A model generated the notes under the pieces. That model did no database searches. It was given only the letters and a program-made list of their open reading frames with translations, and was not told where the DNA came from. Shown piece after piece: positions 61,528 through 64,000 of a stretch of DNA of 64,000 nucleotides. Within the stretch, counting starts at the first letter, position 1. Each line of letters opens with the position of its first letter. The translations under genes were made by a program, and so were the position numbers. This DNA is from Octopus vulgaris (taxonomy: Eukaryota), in assembly GCA_951406725.2 (NCBI GenBank), contig OX597843.1:6386001-6450000 (forward strand). Direction: 5' to 3'.

Positions 61528-62429
61528 TCAGCAAAAACAATTAAGATCCAAGTGAGTTCCAATGAATTCGCATGAATGCGGTACTTAACTTTGATGCACC
61601 AGAAATCTTTATGGTATTAACCCTAAAATAATGAGGGGTGATTATAACCAAGAAAAGCAACAAGAATGGATTAGTCTAATCCATTCTTGTTGCTTTTTTC
61701 TTGGTTATATATATATATATATATATATAAAGTTATAAATAAGGAAAGAAATATACAATGATAAAAATTTATTCAACCAGAAGAAATTCTTATTGAACGA
61801 CAATTGTTTCGTAGCTTAATAAAATTTCCTCTATTCATTTTCTCTTGTATCGTACTATATATTCTATGTTTTGTAGGTTGATACACCAGAGTTTCTTTTA
61901 TGGGTACTACTGGATCAGTTGAATCCGTAAGTTGTATGCGTTTCTCTCAGATATGGTGGGGTGGGGCCTTGCAGGTGAGTGTGACAATTATATGAGGTCT
62001 GATCTAACAGGGTTGAGAGGTCAATGCACATGTGTATGTAGGGGCAGAGGTTTGAAAAGACGACGGGGAAGAGACAGAGAGAGGGAGGGAGGCAGAGCAG
62101 AGAGATGCAATCGGGTTATATTCACTCGACTTTCAATCCGGTTTCAACCAGCTGCACCGAGAGCAGATGAGATGGTCACAGAAAGAGAGGATTGTTGGTT
62201 AGTTTTGGATGCAGTGAAATGACAACGTCGGAACACGTGAGATGAGAGGGTTAAGTTTCAAGACCACACTAAACCTTACACATCAGGTGATGGCGGGGCA
62301 GGCAAAGATGCGAGATGCGAAAGGGGTTGAGGGAGATAAGATAATGAACATACCCTAGTGGGGGACTTTAATCTTCGTTTGGGACGGGGTAGAAAGTTTT
62401 TTTGTTGTTTTTTTTCTCATTCCAGTTAC

Positions 62430-62790
62430 ATCTGCCATACATTAACATGCATTAAATCTGTCATAAATTAACATACATTAAACTTCTTCATACATTAACA
62501 TGTTAAACTCGCCATACAATTAACATATGTTAATTTGGTCATACATAAACACGTGTTAAACCTGACATACATTAACCACTCTGTCACATCAGCAGATGTT
62601 AAATGTGTCATACATGAGTATGTTAGGTCTACCATACATTAGCATACATTAAACCAGGAATACATTAGCATACATTAAATCACACAAATTAACATTATAA
62701 ATCTACTTTAATATATGCTAAATCTGCCATACATTAACATACATTAAGCCTGCTATACATTAACATAAATTAAACCTTGCACACATTAAC
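62430..62790. repeat. Degenerate ~28-bp minisatellite
   Basis: catacattaacatacattaaa units. Confidence 0.8.
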
Positions 62791-62997
62791 ACACACACAC
62801 AAAACAGAGACCAGAGTTTACACATACACACACAAACCCCATTCCTTACACACGCATACATGTGCAAACCTCATAGAAACCTAACTCTCTCACACACACA
62901 CACACACGCTCATGCACACACTCCATAGGCAATAGCTCACATACATACATTCCAATAAACACTCATACAAACACATGTACACACATACAGAGCAAAG

Positions 62998-63028
<31 letters not shown>

Positions 63029-63091
63029 GCATTCCCTTACACAGACATGCATGCTCGCACACACACAAGCTCACAAATACATGCACACAAG

Positions 63092-63127
<36 letters not shown>

Positions 63128-64000
63128 TACAACCTCACACATGCACAGACACACAAGCAATCACATGATCTCTCTCACACACAAGCTCACAAATGCACAC
63201 ACACGCACACACTCACACAAGCCCTCTCTCACACACTCACACACATACAGAAACTCACACGTGCATGCATGCACATACACTAAAGATATACGAAAGCTTA
63301 TCATGCACAAACCCTCCTTCTCACACATACACACACACACACACACACTAAGCAGAGACCAGAGCTGACGCATGCACACACAAACCCCACTTCACATACA
63401 CACACACACACACACATGATACATACATAGATCTATAGCTAAATGTAAATCAAGTCTCACCATGCACACTTCTAACTACTGAGGAGGAGGCTACAAGAAA
63501 GGTAAAAAGCCTTAGAGAAGGGTTAAGGATGGAAGGAAGATGATGGAGGGGAGGGGACAGGGAGCTAAAGATGAGAAAAGCATCCTCATCCCTATTGTAT
63601 TTCAGTGTGTGTGTGTTTGAGTGAGTGTGTGTGTGTGTGTGTGAATTGTGACTCAGGGTTTCTCCTTGAATATAACACTCCTGCAAACAACAACAACAAA
63701 AATTGTTGCCTGAAGGACTGTGTCATGCAAATTACTCCGAGTAGAGACAAATACACTCTACAATATATATTGAGCACTCTGTTCTTGCTTGCTAAACCCC
63801 AAAAACATTTTCTACATAACCACATATATAATATATATATTATACTCTCACTTATCATCATTGTTTAACTTCTGCTTTCCATGCTAGCATGGGTTGGACG
63901 ATTTTGACTGAGGGCTGGCGAGCCAGATGGCTGCACCAGGCTCCAATCTGATCTGGCAGAGTTTCATCAGCTGGATGCCCTTCCTAATGCCAACCAATCC

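Overview
Eukaryotic, repeat-dense DNA. The tRNA-headed SINE families and (TA)n/(CA)n tracts suggest an Octopus (coleoid cephalopod) genome; this is inference. One protein-coding gene is well supported: the 3' half of a minus-strand CLIP-170/restin (CLIP1, Drosophila CLIP-190) orthologue. I assembled it by hand from 14 GT-AG exons with matching phases (58832 down to 14186). It encodes coiled coil, two CCHC zinc knuckles and the terminal DETF motif; the CAP-Gly exons must lie beyond 64000. The main candidate novelty is at its 3' end. The phase-1 intron that splits zinc knuckle 2 can splice to the canonical DETF exon or to a distal exon (5495-4945) encoding a 183-aa acidic/Pro-rich tail ending in a CaaX-like CIIC; there are also weaker candidate tails. 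The introns contain near-identical inverted repeats bracketing a frame-preserving two-exon cassette, several minimal type-I hammerhead ribozyme motifs of probable Penelope-like origin, an array of duplicated splice donors, fold-back palindromes, a CpG-rich candidate internal promoter, SINEs, RTE LINE fragments, MITEs and a Helitron. Nearly all supplied ORFs are microsatellite or SINE artefacts. No isoform, ribozyme activity or promoter is verified by expression data. Repeat coordinates are approximate.
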